Source: Candidatus Poriferisocius sp. (GTDB lineage Bacteria > Actinomycetota > Acidimicrobiia > Acidimicrobiales > Bin134). From it: 64,000 nt of DNA. A model generated the notes under the pieces. The model was given only the letters and a program-made list of their open reading frames with translations. It was not told where the DNA came from and searched no databases. Location of the stretch: NCBI RefSeq assembly GCF_965204145.1, contig NZ_OZ241977.1:2114840-2178839 (forward strand), written 5' to 3'. Both the position numbers and the translations under genes were made by a program. Shown piece by piece: positions 1 to 9,295 of this stretch (positions are counted from its first letter, which is position 1; each line of letters starts with the position of its first letter).

Positions 1-1792
1 CGATCTGCTCGGCCGAGCAGTTGAGCGCGGCCTCCACCATGGTGGACTCCACGAACACCCCCCGCCCGGTGCGCTCCCGTACGGCCAAGCCCAAGATCGC
101 GGCATAGGCGCCGTGCATCCCGGCGATGGGGTCGCACGGGCCTCGCATGATGCGGGGCTGGTCGTAGGGGTGGCCGGTGACCCAGGCCATGCCGGTGAGC
201 TGCTCCATGGTCTGGGCGAACCCCACCCGCTCCCGCCACGGCCCGCTCAAACCGAACGCGGGCATCCGGGTGAACACCGCCTGGGGGTTGCGGGCCGAGA
301 CGGCCTCCCAGCTCAGGCCCCACTTCTCCACCACCCGGGGGGAGAAGTTCTCGATCACCACGTCGGCGCTCTCGATGAGCCGCCACAGGAGATCCATGCC
401 CGCCTCGGTGTCCAAGTCGAGGGTCAAGTCCCGCTTGTTGTGGTTGATGGCCACGAACATCGAGCTCCACTCCCACCAGTCCTCGGTGCCGAACATGAAC
501 CCGGTCATCCGCATGCCGTCGGGATGGCCGGTGGACTCGATGTGGAGCACATCGGCCCCCAGCATGGCCAGCGTGCCAGTGGCCGACGGCCCGGCCCACC
601 AGCTGGTGAGGTCCAACACCCTGACGCCAGCTAGCGGTAGATCAGGAGAGCTGTCGGAATCGGCCTCGAGAGACGACACCACGGGCCGCGGGCGGGCTTC
701 CACCGTGCCGGTGTGCTCGCCCAGCGCGGGAGCGGGCGTCGCCGGCCGTCGCTCGCCGCCGTCGTCCATCAGGTAGGGCGGCCGGGGCTGAAGGAACCCG
801 CCGGGGTTGCGCACGAACACCCCCCGGGCAGCGAACTGCTCGTTGTCGAGCACGCTGCGACCGTCGTTGACCTCGGCCACCGGCACCCGCAGATCAGACG
901 CCGCCTTGATGATCTCGGCCACGGTGTGGCGAGAGGTCCACGGGTGGACCATGGCATTCCACTCGTCCAGGCGGCCGGCCCGCTCCCCGATCTGGCTCCA
1001 CTCGGTGTCAATCAGGTCGGGGCGCTCGATCATCAGCACGAAGCCCTGGTATTGCAGAGCCGTGTTGGTGTTGAACCCCACCCAGCCGTCGAGGGCAGGC
1101 TCGATGGAGGGCGCCTCCACCGACCGCGCCACCCGGTCGAAGTCGTGGCCGCCGCCCCGCATGGAGTGGGCCAGGTCGCTGAACGTGGTGGCGGCGATGC
1201 CCATCACGTCGGCCACCGCCAAGTCGATGTGCTCGCCGCGCCCGGTTCGCCGGGCCCGCAGGAGCGCGGAGAGCACCGCAGGTCCGGCGTAGGCCCCGGC
1301 GGTCCACTCGGCAATGCCCCCTCCCGCGTGGATCGGGGGCTGGTCGGGTCGCCCCCGGCAGGCGATGGCCCCGCACTGGGCCTGCACGGTGTACTCGGTG
1401 GAAGGGTGGGACACCAGCGGACCGTCCTGTCCGTAGGGCGTCACCGACAGCACCACCAAGTGAGAGTGCTGGTCGGCCCAGGCCCGGCCCAATCCCGATC
1501 CAGCCGGGAATGACTCCACCACCACATCGGCCGTGGCCACCAGCTCCTCGATCTCGGAATCGCCCGGCTGGCCGACAACACCCCGCTTGGAGGCGTTGAG
1601 CAACTGGAACAGCGCGCTGTCGCCCTCGAACTCGGCCCGGGTGGCCGACCAGCGGCGCATCGGGTCGCCGTCGGGCCCCTCCACCTTGATCACGTCTGCC
1701 CCAGCGTCAGCCAACAGCTTGGTGACATAGGGGCCGGGCACCCCGGTGGAGAAGTCCAACACCCGGATGCCGGCCAGTATCGAGGCCTGCAT
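1..1792 (-). CDS. Family III CoA-transferase (CaiB/BaiF type), tandem two-domain form; 3' end runs off the window
   Basis: Absent from the ORF track because the frame stays open to position 1. Hand translation from ATG (complement of 1790-1792) gives MQASILAGIRVLDFSTGVPGPYVTKLLADAGADVIKVEGPDGDPMRRW. A second copy of the signature (DLPLAGVRVLDLTSWWAGPSATGTLAMLGADVLHIESTGHPDG) starts in frame near 643. The + strand ORFs 113-1513 are Arg/Gly/His-rich shadows. Confidence 0.8.
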   Translation of the reverse strand, partial: MQASILAGIRVLDFSTGVPGPYVTKLLADAGADVIKVEGPDGDPMRRWSATRAEFEGDSALFQLLNASKRGVVGQPGDSEIEELVATADVVVESFPAGSGLGRAWADQHSHLVVLSVTPYGQDGPLVSHPSTEYTVQAQCGAIACRGRPDQPPIHAGGGIAEWTAGAYAGPAVLSALLRARRTGRGEHIDLAVADVMGIAATTFSDLAHSMRGGGHDFDRVARSVEAPSIEPALDGWVGFNTNTALQYQGFVLMIERPDLIDTEWSQIGERAGRLDEWNAMVHPWTSRHTVAEIIKAASDLRVPVAEVNDGRSVLDNEQFAARGVFVRNPGGFLQPRPPYLMDDGGERRPATPAPALGEHTGTVEARPRPVVSSLEADSDSSPDLPLAGVRVLDLTSWWAGPSATGTLAMLGADVLHIESTGHPDGMRMTGFMFGTEDWWEWSSMFVAINHNKRDLTLDLDTEAGMDLLWRLIESADVVIENFSPRVVEKWGLSWEAVSARNPQAVFTRMPAFGLSGPWRERVGFAQTMEQLTGMAWVTGHPYDQPRIMRGPCDPIAGMHGAYAAILGLAVRERTGRGVFVESTMVEAALNCSAEQI

Positions 1793-1966
1793 GTGGACGC
1801 CTTCGCCCACGCTGGCCCCGTCGGCCCGCTGAGCGTCCTGGTTGGGCCCTGCCGTCATTGCAGTCTCACTGTTTCCCAGTCGGTTCGCACCCCGGTATCT
1901 TGTCGCATTGGGAAGTCCCGTACACTGGCCGACACTCGGCAAACGATCGCAGCAAAGGAAAGCACT

Positions 1967-3238
1967 GTGAAGCTCACCGAAGTCAACCTGCTCGACCCCG
2001 ACCGATTTGTGCGCCTAGAGCACCACGAGATGTTCAAGGTGCTGCGGGAGCAGTGCCCCGTCTTCTTGCACCAAGACCCCAACGGACCGGCGTTCTGGAA
2101 CATTGTCAAACACGATGATCTGGTGGAGGTGAACCGCGACACCGAGCGCTTCTCCTCTGAGATCGGCGGCACCTCCATCCCCGATCCCGGCACCCGGGAC
2201 AACGGCGGACCGGACTCCCGGGGGGTGATGATGCTCACCACCGATCCTCCCAAGCACACCCGCTACCGGCGGCTGGTGAACAAGGGCTTCACCCCCCGCA
2301 TGATCGGGTTGATCGAGCAATACCTGCGCCACCGGGCCATCTTGATCGTCGACAACGTGATCGAGAAGGGCGAGGCCGACTTCGTGGTCGACCTCGCCTC
2401 GGAGCTACCGCTCCAGGCCATTGCCGAGATCATGGGCGTGCCCCAAGAAGACCGCATGATGCTGTTCGACTGGTCCAACCGCTTGATCGGCGTCGACGAC
2501 CCCGAGTATGCCGACGGTGCCGAAGACGGCGTCGTGGCCGGCGCGGAGCTGTACGCCTACACCAACCAGCTGGCCAAAGACCGGGCGGAAAACCCCCGCG
2601 ACGACATCGTCACCAAGCTCATCAACGCCGAGATCGACGGTGACCGGCTGACCGAGCTGGAGTTCGACATGTTCATGCTGCTGCTCACTGTGGCCGGCAA
2701 CGAGACCACCCGCAACGCCACCGCCCAAGGGATGCTGGCGCTGATGGACCACCCCGAGCAGTTCGAAATCATGAAGGGCTCCCCCGACGGGGTGACCGAC
2801 ACCCATATCGACGAGCTCCTGCGGTGGTCAACCCCGGTGCTGCACTTCCGCCGCACCGCCACCGAGGATACCGAGATCAGGGGCCAGCACATTGACGAGG
2901 GCGACAAGATCGTCATCTGGCACATCTCGGCCAACCGGGACGAAGATGTGTTCGAAGACCCGTTTACCTTCGATGTGAACCGCACCCCCAACGAGCAGAT
3001 CGCCTTCGGCGGCGGCGGGGCCCACTACTGCCTGGGCGCCAACCTGGCCAAAATGGAGCTGCGCCTCATCTTCCAGGAGATCATCGAGCGCATGCCCGAC
3101 ATGCACCGAGTGGGCGAGCCCGAGTGGCTCCGCTCCAACTTCATCGGCGGCATCAAGCATCTCCCCGTCGCCTGGACCCCCGGCAAAAAAGTCAACCCCG
3201 GCCCCGCCCCCGACCAAAACCTCTCAACCCTGGTGTAG
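1967..3238 (+). CDS. Cytochrome P450
   Basis: Heme-binding loop FGGGGAHYCLGANLA, I-helix LLTVAGNETTRNA, ExxR (ELLRWSTP). Start moved to in-frame GTG 1967 (VKLTEVNLLDPDRF), which is preceded by AAGGAAAG; the upstream 58 codons look non-coding. Confidence 0.9.
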   Translation: MKLTEVNLLDPDRFVRLEHHEMFKVLREQCPVFLHQDPNGPAFWNIVKHDDLVEVNRDTERFSSEIGGTSIPDPGTRDNGGPDSRGVMMLTTDPPKHTRYRRLVNKGFTPRMIGLIEQYLRHRAILIVDNVIEKGEADFVVDLASELPLQAIAEIMGVPQEDRMMLFDWSNRLIGVDDPEYADGAEDGVVAGAELYAYTNQLAKDRAENPRDDIVTKLINAEIDGDRLTELEFDMFMLLLTVAGNETTRNATAQGMLALMDHPEQFEIMKGSPDGVTDTHIDELLRWSTPVLHFRRTATEDTEIRGQHIDEGDKIVIWHISANRDEDVFEDPFTFDVNRTPNEQIAFGGGGAHYCLGANLAKMELRLIFQEIIERMPDMHRVGEPEWLRSNFIGGIKHLPVAWTPGKKVNPGPAPDQNLSTLV

Positions 3239-3419
3239 CTTGGTCGACTTCGCAGTCGCCTGTCACCAATCAGACAGCCTCGAAGGAACCGCTTCGTGAG
3301 GGTGTAGGTACCAGTCAGGTGGTTGTTGCGAGTGGCGTTGGCCGTTAAGGTTTAGCCAACCACTCGAGGACGTGGATCAGTCCTCCTCCAATTTCAATGG
3401 AAAGCTGAGGAGGCGAGCT

Positions 3420-3818
3420 ATGCCCGCTAGTGGACCGATCAAAGAGGGCCAGCGCTTGGCGCTTTTGAACCGCCTGTGCGAGGTACTGGGAGAGGAGGAG
3501 GCAAACACCTTGATGGACAGCCTGCCTCCCATCTACTGGGAACAACTCGCCACCAAAGGCGACCTTGCGGCCAGCGAACAGCGGCTCGGCAACGAGATGC
3601 GCTCCGAGTTCGCCAAGGTCTACGGCGAGTTGCACAGGCTTCGCACGGAGACCGCAGCCGAGTTCAAGAGCCTTCGCACCGAGACCGCAGCGGAATTCAA
3701 GAGCGTGCGGAGTGAAATGGCCCTCCAGTTCGCGAGGCAGACCCGCACCATGGTGTTCACCATGTTGGGGTTGGCCGTACCGATCTTGGGCGCCATCCTG
3801 GCCGTGGGCCTATCGTGA
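3420..3818 (+). CDS. Hypothetical coiled-coil protein with C-terminal transmembrane anchor
   Basis: ATG 3420 is preceded by GAGGAGG (3407-3413). Charged helical body and hydrophobic tail MVFTMLGLAVPILGAILAVGL. Contains an in-frame 11-aa tandem duplication. Confidence 0.55.
   Translation: MPASGPIKEGQRLALLNRLCEVLGEEEANTLMDSLPPIYWEQLATKGDLAASEQRLGNEMRSEFAKVYGELHRLRTETAAEFKSLRTETAAEFKSVRSEMALQFARQTRTMVFTMLGLAVPILGAILAVGLS
3639..3704 (+). repeat. 33-bp tandem duplication (2 copies, 3 mismatches) inside the CDS
   Basis: cttcgcacggagaccgcagccgagttcaagagc / cttcgcaccgagaccgcagcggaattcaagagc, encoding LRTETAAEFKS twice. Confidence 0.9.
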
Positions 3819-3940
3819 ATCCGCAGTTGCCCTAAGGCCGCACTGCCGAACCCTGACGGCCTCTAGGCGATTGTTCGCCAACGTGGACTCTGTCTCATGC
3901 AGCTCCTACAAGTGCAGCCTCAAGCACCATTTGCCGCCGG

Positions 3941-4540
3941 TCAATCCCCCGGCAGTCGACTCCACATCACGACATCGGGTTGGTCGTCTTTGACCGGCTC
4001 CCAAGCCCGCAGCACTCCCTCACGCTGAAAGCCGCAACGCTCGGCTACCCGTTGGGACGCGGGATTGTCGACATGGGTCACCAGATGAACCCGGGCCAGG
4101 CCGTGCTCGGAGAATGCCCAGTCGGTGATCAGATTGAGGGCTTCGGAGGCGATTCCTTGGCCCCGATGCTGCCTGTCGAGCCAATAGAACGCCTCCCCAC
4201 GCCGGAATTGGGGCTCTAGCAGGATGCCCATCTGACCGATGCACCGATCCGACGGAGGCAAAGTGATCGCGAATGCGAAGAGACCCTGTTCCCTCCGTGC
4301 CAGCCGCTGCTCAATCCACTCTCGAGCCTGCGCTTCAGACATCGCCTCCGGCATCATCGTGAATCGGGGAATCTCCGGGTCCTGGCACGACTCAGCGATG
4401 TCGACCGCGTCCTCGACTCGAAACGATCGCAACAACACGCGCTCCCCGGCAATCGTCGTGAACGGAACAGCCACAACCCCCAGTCTCTCAGAGCCCCGAG
4501 CCTGCGAATCCCTCAATTTGCAAGGCGGTTTTGCCCACAT
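3941..4540 (-). CDS. GNAT family N-acetyltransferase (RimJ/RimL-like)
   Basis: Typical RimJ/L layout: LLRSFRVEDAVDIAE..., acetyl-CoA motif QHRGQGIASEAL, C-terminal VDNPASQRVAERCGFQREGVLR. Exact start uncertain. Confidence 0.8.
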   Translation of the reverse strand: MWAKPPCKLRDSQARGSERLGVVAVPFTTIAGERVLLRSFRVEDAVDIAESCQDPEIPRFTMMPEAMSEAQAREWIEQRLARREQGLFAFAITLPPSDRCIGQMGILLEPQFRRGEAFYWLDRQHRGQGIASEALNLITDWAFSEHGLARVHLVTHVDNPASQRVAERCGFQREGVLRAWEPVKDDQPDVVMWSRLPGD

Positions 4541-4565
4541 CGGGACAGCCTTGGGGCGGTATCGG

Positions 4566-4829
4566 TTAGTTCGGGCGGTAGACGTGTCGGCGGTGCTGGA
4601 CTCGGTGGATCACAACTGCCATTTCGTCCTCCAGGATCTCGTAGACGATGCGGTAGTCGCCGCGGCGAGCGGATCGCAGGCCCTCAAGTTCGTCCATCAG
4701 CGGTTTGCCGACCCTCTGTGGATTCTCAGCCATCGGGCCAAAGATGGTGGCGAGGGCGGCATCTCGAACTTTGCTGGGCAAGCGGTTGAGGTGCCGCAGG
4801 CCCGAGGGCGTGATCTTGACCTCGTACAC
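4566..4829 (-). CDS. RelE/ParE family type II toxin
   Basis: 87 aa; C-terminal RRGDYRIVYEILEDEMAVVIHRVQHRRHVY matches the RelE/ParE signature. Lies 9 nt downstream of a Phd/YefM antitoxin gene. Confidence 0.85.
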   Translation of the reverse strand: MYEVKITPSGLRHLNRLPSKVRDAALATIFGPMAENPQRVGKPLMDELEGLRSARRGDYRIVYEILEDEMAVVIHRVQHRRHVYRPN

Positions 4830-4838
4830 GGGGCCGCT

Positions 4839-5093
4839 TCAGATGTGATCGCGCAATCGCAGTAGTTTTTCCTCAGCGGCTTCTTGAAGCGACTCGCGGA
4901 GTGACTCGACCAGTTCGGAGTCGCTCAAGATATCCAGAGTCTCCTCTATGGACTCAAGTTCGTCGGGACTCATAAGGACAAAAGAGGGCCGGCCGTTGCG
5001 GGTTACCAAGATGCGGTCGCGTTGAGTTTCCACCCGGTCGGCCAGTTCGGAGAGATGGGCTTTGACCTCTGAGAAAGGGATCGTGTCTGCCAT
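4839..5093 (-). CDS. Phd/YefM family antitoxin
   Basis: MADTIPFSEVKAHLSELADRVETQRDRILVTRNGRPSFVLMSPDELESIEETLD is a classical Phd/YefM N-terminal fold pattern. ATG 5105 is an alternative start. Confidence 0.85.
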   Translation of the reverse strand: MADTIPFSEVKAHLSELADRVETQRDRILVTRNGRPSFVLMSPDELESIEETLDILSDSELVESLRESLQEAAEEKLLRLRDHI

Positions 5094-5105
5094 TGGTGCG
5101 AGCAT

Positions 5106-5123
5106 AGGTCAATATTTTGACCT
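5106..5123. promoter_or_regulatory. Perfect inverted repeat AGGTCAA-TATT-TTGACCT directly upstream of the phd/relE operon (candidate operator overlapping a TTGACC -35-like hexamer)
   Basis: Read directly: aggtcaa (5106-5112), tatt, ttgacct (5117-5123). TA operons are typically autoregulated through such palindromes. Confidence 0.4.
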
Positions 5124-5220
5124 GTCAACGCCACTTGCCCGCGGATTTCAGTGTGGAGATAGACATCCCACGAACTACCAACACCACAAGGCCAAATGGA
5201 CATTTGAGTATCTGTCGCAA

Positions 5221-5637
5221 CTATCGGGAGGCGTCGATGCAAGTCGCCGGGCCCTCCCACGACAGCATGTGCTGGTCCAAGGTGAGCAGGGGGCACTCCT
5301 GGACTAGCGCGGTGGCCAAAATGAATCGGTCTGCGGTATCCCCGGTGGACAGGCCCATCTCCCCCAATCGGGCGGCCTGTTCTGCTTCCATCGACCCGAT
5401 GGGCAGATCCCTGACCCCGGCGGCAACCATTCGCATCCGAAGAAGGGCCACGTTGAGCTCCACCACCAAGCGCCGCTTGGCCTGCAACAGGGCCAGCTCC
5501 CAGTAGGTGATCGCGCTGACCGCCGCCTCACCCCGCCGGGTGGCTTGGTCTACCCGCCCGATGGCTTCGTTCCCGAGCTTGCCGTCAGCCACTCCCCAGC
5601 AGAACCGGAGCACGACATTGGTGTCCAGCAGCAGCAT
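5221..5637 (-). CDS. vapC: PIN-domain toxin (VapC family)
   Basis: MLLLDTNVV... N-terminal acidic PIN motif, internal AITYWEL, C-terminal ILATALVQECPLLTLD. The start overlaps the upstream antitoxin stop (ATGA at 5637). Confidence 0.85.
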   Translation of the reverse strand: MLLLDTNVVLRFCWGVADGKLGNEAIGRVDQATRRGEAAVSAITYWELALLQAKRRLVVELNVALLRMRMVAAGVRDLPIGSMEAEQAARLGEMGLSTGDTADRFILATALVQECPLLTLDQHMLSWEGPATCIDASR

Positions 5638-5978
5638 CAGCCGTCTTGGTCGGAAGAGCCGATGACGAGATGGGGTTCTTGCCTGTCCCAGCTCAAGAGA
5701 ACCTCCTCGGCAATCTCCTCATGGCCTGCCCACACGGATTCCTTGTCGAAGTCGAATCCCTCGGGCAGTTCGATGATGTCCCGGCAAAAGCCAAAGAGCG
5801 ACCCGGTGAACTCCTCGCGAGGAGAACGAGGAGGCCGGACCTCAGCTACTGGCCGACCGTTCTTGGTTATGACGATCTCCTGCCCATCGCACACCGCATC
5901 CAAAAGCGGCCCGCAATTGGCTCGGAACTCGCTCACCGAGACAGTCGCAGAAGGCGGGTGACCGCCGGGAAGTGCCAT
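5637..5978 (-). CDS. Phd/YefM-type antitoxin partnered with VapC
   Basis: VSVSEFRANCGPLLDAVCDGQEIVITKNGRPVAEVRP. Start placed at ATG 5978 (MALPGG...); the longer 162-aa ORF in the track extends through non-coding-looking sequence. Confidence 0.7.
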   Translation of the reverse strand: MALPGGHPPSATVSVSEFRANCGPLLDAVCDGQEIVITKNGRPVAEVRPPRSPREEFTGSLFGFCRDIIELPEGFDFDKESVWAGHEEIAEEVLLSWDRQEPHLVIGSSDQDG

Positions 5979-6007
5979 CCCGCCCAGGCTAACGGCCAGA
6001 GCTGGTT

Positions 6008-6025
6008 TTGTACAAGCATGTACAA
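6008..6025. promoter_or_regulatory. Inverted repeat TTGTACA-AGCA-TGTACAA in the vapBC / ilvE divergent intergenic region (candidate operator, overlaps TACAAT)
   Basis: Read directly at 6008-6014 and 6019-6025, 30 bp upstream of the antitoxin start. Confidence 0.35.
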
Positions 6026-6103
6026 TATCTCGCCGACCCCACAAAACCCTCAGTTTCCTGGACTGTCGGGCTATACCATCCTCCTGCCTGAAGGAGAGCC
6101 TGT

Positions 6104-7132
6104 ATGACCGCCAAGCCCGACCCACTCACTGTTCCGTTCGGGACGGTTTTCTGCGACTGGATGACGACGGCGCGGGCCGAGGGCGGGCCCCTTGCCTATG
6201 GCGGGGCTCCGGAGCCATTCGGCGATCTGCGCTTGAGCCCGGCGGCTCACGTGCTGCACTACGGGAGCTCGGTGTTCGAGGGATTGAAGGCGCATCGCCA
6301 GGTTGACGGGTCGGTGGCCATCTTCCGGCTGGACAGCCACGTGACCCGCATGGTCACCAGCGCCGCCTGCCTGCGGCTGCCCGAGATCGATCCCAGCCTG
6401 CTGCGGCAAATGACCATCGATGCAGTTGCGGCCAATGCCCACGAGGTCCCCCACCCGCCGGGATCGCTCTATATCCGCCCGACGCTGGTGGGCACCGGGG
6501 CCGACATCGGAGCCGCCGCCCATCCGGCCCCCTCCGCCCTGTTGTTCGTGGTCAACTCCCCGGTGGGCGACTACTTCAAAGGGGGCATCCGGCCCCTCAC
6601 GCTTCAAGTGGAATCATCGACGCCGCGCACCGTTCCCCAGTTCGGCATGGTGAAGTGCGCCGCCAACTACGCCATGGCCCTGGGCGCCACGCTGGACGCG
6701 ATGGCCGCCAACGAGGCGGTCGACCAAGTGCTGTTCGCCAGCGACGGCGACATCACCGAAACCGGCGCCTCCAACTTCTTCCTGGCCGACGACGAGCGCA
6801 TCGTCACCCGGCACCTCGACGAATCGTTTCTGCACGGCGTGACCCGGGACTCGGTGATCCAGCTCGCCCGCCACCTCGGCTACGACGTGGAAGAACGCGC
6901 CATCGACCCCGAAGAACTCAGCGACTGGGTCGAGCGGGGCGAGGCCTTTTTGTCCGGCACAGCCGCCGGCGTCGCCCCCGTTGGCACCATCCTCTACTCG
7001 GGCAAGACCCTCACCATCGGCGACGGCCAGCCCGGCCCCAGCACCCTGCGCCTGCGCCAAGCGCTCACCGACATCCAAACCGGCGCCGCCCCCGACCCCT
7101 TCAACTGGCGCACCCCGGTGGCAGGCACCTAG
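6104..7132 (+). CDS. ilvE: Branched-chain amino acid aminotransferase (class IV PLP enzyme)
   Basis: HYGSSVFEGLKAHR, FRLDSHVTRMVTSAACLRLP, YIRPTLVGTG, GASNFF, TRDSVIQLA. AAGGAG RBS precedes ATG 6104. Confidence 0.85.
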   Translation: MTAKPDPLTVPFGTVFCDWMTTARAEGGPLAYGGAPEPFGDLRLSPAAHVLHYGSSVFEGLKAHRQVDGSVAIFRLDSHVTRMVTSAACLRLPEIDPSLLRQMTIDAVAANAHEVPHPPGSLYIRPTLVGTGADIGAAAHPAPSALLFVVNSPVGDYFKGGIRPLTLQVESSTPRTVPQFGMVKCAANYAMALGATLDAMAANEAVDQVLFASDGDITETGASNFFLADDERIVTRHLDESFLHGVTRDSVIQLARHLGYDVEERAIDPEELSDWVERGEAFLSGTAAGVAPVGTILYSGKTLTIGDGQPGPSTLRLRQALTDIQTGAAPDPFNWRTPVAGT

Positions 7133-7226
7133 AAGGCAACCGCCATCGTGAATACGACACCCGGCTAGCCACTACAGTCATTGTCGCATCACGCTATAGA
7201 GAGATGGCCGACCAGGGATTGCTGCT

Positions 7227-8549
7227 ATGACCGCCGTGCCAACCGAATCGGAAGCCACAACCGGCGCCTTCACCAAGCCGCCCCCTGCCACTGAGGCGGA
7301 CCCTCACAATCCGCTTCACAACGCCTTTTGGCGGCGGGATCGCCGGGTGTTGGACGAGGAACTGAAGCAGGTGTGCTCCCGGCCGCTCACGTTCTATCCC
7401 GGGTTCGAGTTCACGGGTGATCTGGAGAGCGTGGAGACGCCGGGGGCATGGTTTATCACCCGGCATTCGACCATCTTAGAGGTGTCGCGCAACCCCCAGA
7501 TCTACTCCTCGTCGTCGGGCGTCACCATCAACGACTTCCCACCGGAGTTCAACGAGTACTTCAACTCGATCATCGCCATGGACGACCCCCGCCACGCCCG
7601 GCTGCGAAAGATCGTGTCGGCGGGCTTCACCCCGCGGATGCTGGCCCGGCTGGAAGACTCGGTGCAAGACCAGGCCCGGCTGATCGTGGACGAGGTGTGC
7701 GAGCGGGGCGAATGCGATTTCGTCACCGACGTCGCCGCCCGGCTGCCGCTTCGCATCGTGTGCGACCTGATGGGGATTCCCGCATCCGAACACGATTTCG
7801 TGTTCGACCAGACCAACGTGATCTTGGGGGCGGCCGACGACGAGTACGTCCCCGAGTTCGGCGATTTCCTCACCGCCATTCTCATGGCCGGCGAGGCCCT
7901 GTCGAAGCTGATGGACGAGGTGGCGGAATCGAAGGTTGGCGTGGACACCGGCGATCTGACCAGCGTGTTGGTCAACGCCGAGGTGGACGGCGAGCGGCTC
8001 ACCCGCACCGAACTGGCCAGCTTCTTCATCTTGTTGGTGGTGGCCGGCAATGAGACCACCCGCAACGCCATCAGCTGGGGCCTGGTGTATCTCACCGACC
8101 ACCCCGACCAGCGCAAGATCTGGACCGACGACTTCGAAGGCGTGGCCCACGGCGCGGTGGAGGAGATCGTTCGCCTGGCCAGCCCGGTCACCTACATGCG
8201 CCGAACGGCGCTGAGCGACACCGAACTGGAGGGCCAGAAGATCGACGAGGGCGACATGGTGGTCATGAACTACCTGTGCGCCAACCGGGACGAGTCGGTG
8301 TTCGACGACCCGCTGACCTTCAACGTGCTACGCGACCCGAACCCCCACATCGGTTACGGCGGACCCGGACCCCACTTCTGCTTGGGCGCGCATCTGGCCC
8401 GCCGGGAGATCAAAGTCATGTTCCGCGAGCTGTTCGACCGCATCGGCGACATCCGGGCCACCGGCGAGCCCGACCCGCTCTCGTCGGCGTTCATCCACGG
8501 CATCAAGCACCTGCCCGCTGAGTTCACCCCCGCTGGGCGAGCTGATTGA
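7227..8549 (+). CDS. Cytochrome P450
   Basis: Heme loop YGGPGPHFCLGAHLA, I-helix LLVVAGNETTRNA, ExxR EIVRLASP. Confidence 0.9.
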   Translation: MTAVPTESEATTGAFTKPPPATEADPHNPLHNAFWRRDRRVLDEELKQVCSRPLTFYPGFEFTGDLESVETPGAWFITRHSTILEVSRNPQIYSSSSGVTINDFPPEFNEYFNSIIAMDDPRHARLRKIVSAGFTPRMLARLEDSVQDQARLIVDEVCERGECDFVTDVAARLPLRIVCDLMGIPASEHDFVFDQTNVILGAADDEYVPEFGDFLTAILMAGEALSKLMDEVAESKVGVDTGDLTSVLVNAEVDGERLTRTELASFFILLVVAGNETTRNAISWGLVYLTDHPDQRKIWTDDFEGVAHGAVEEIVRLASPVTYMRRTALSDTELEGQKIDEGDMVVMNYLCANRDESVFDDPLTFNVLRDPNPHIGYGGPGPHFCLGAHLARREIKVMFRELFDRIGDIRATGEPDPLSSAFIHGIKHLPAEFTPAGRAD

Positions 8550-9219
8550 GGGTCTCGCGGTCGAGGTGGCGGAAGACGCCCTCGGCCACTGCGGTCACTT
8601 GGCCGTCTTGGAGCGCGTGGCCCTTGACCTCGGTGATGGTGCCGTCGAAGGTCTCCACCCACCCCTCGAAAATCGTCTCCACATCGAGCAGGGTGGGGCG
8701 CCGGTAGCGCACCGACAGCATCATGGTGGGGCCGCTGGCATTGCGAGTGGAGCAGGCGCTGGTGAACACCATGTCGAAGGCCGCGGCGATGGCCGCCCCG
8801 TGGACACAGCCGGGCGGACCCTCGTACACGGTGGTGAACACCGCCCGGCCCCGGGTCTTGGGCGGGTCGGAGTCCATGTGTACCACCATCTCCACCGGCA
8901 CGGCGGCGGGATTGCATATGCCGGTCACGTAGTCGAACGGCGCTCGCAGGTGGGTGATGGGCGGGCCTTCCATCTCATGTCCCCCCGGGCCGAACCGGGG
9001 CGGGGGCTCGGCGGGCACATGGGCCTCGATGCGGTCGGCCAGGGCGTTGGCCTCGTCGGCCAGCGCAGCGGTATCGGCGGGCGAGGCGGTGTTGGTGACG
9101 GTGGCGGCCACCAGCCGGCGCACCGCGTCGGCCAGCGCCCGCAGCTCCCGCTCCCGGCCGGCCACCGCCGGATGATCGATGGCCTGGAACGGGCCGTCTG
9201 GCTGATTGATATGGGCCAC
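8524..9219 (-). CDS. PaaI-type hotdog-fold thioesterase with N-terminal extension
   Basis: Core GPPGCVHGAAIAAAFDMVF...MLSVRYRRPT...EVKGHALQDGQVTAVAEGVF fits the PaaI/4HBT pattern. The convergent 26-bp overlap with the P450 3' end is tolerated. Confidence 0.65.
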   Translation of the reverse strand: MAHINQPDGPFQAIDHPAVAGRERELRALADAVRRLVAATVTNTASPADTAALADEANALADRIEAHVPAEPPPRFGPGGHEMEGPPITHLRAPFDYVTGICNPAAVPVEMVVHMDSDPPKTRGRAVFTTVYEGPPGCVHGAAIAAAFDMVFTSACSTRNASGPTMMLSVRYRRPTLLDVETIFEGWVETFDGTITEVKGHALQDGQVTAVAEGVFRHLDRETLNQLAQRG

Positions 9220-9295
9220 GACGGCAACGGTATGTTTTGGGCACCATCACAGCGCAACCAGGCGCCAAAGAACCCCTATCCCACGAGGAGCCCCC

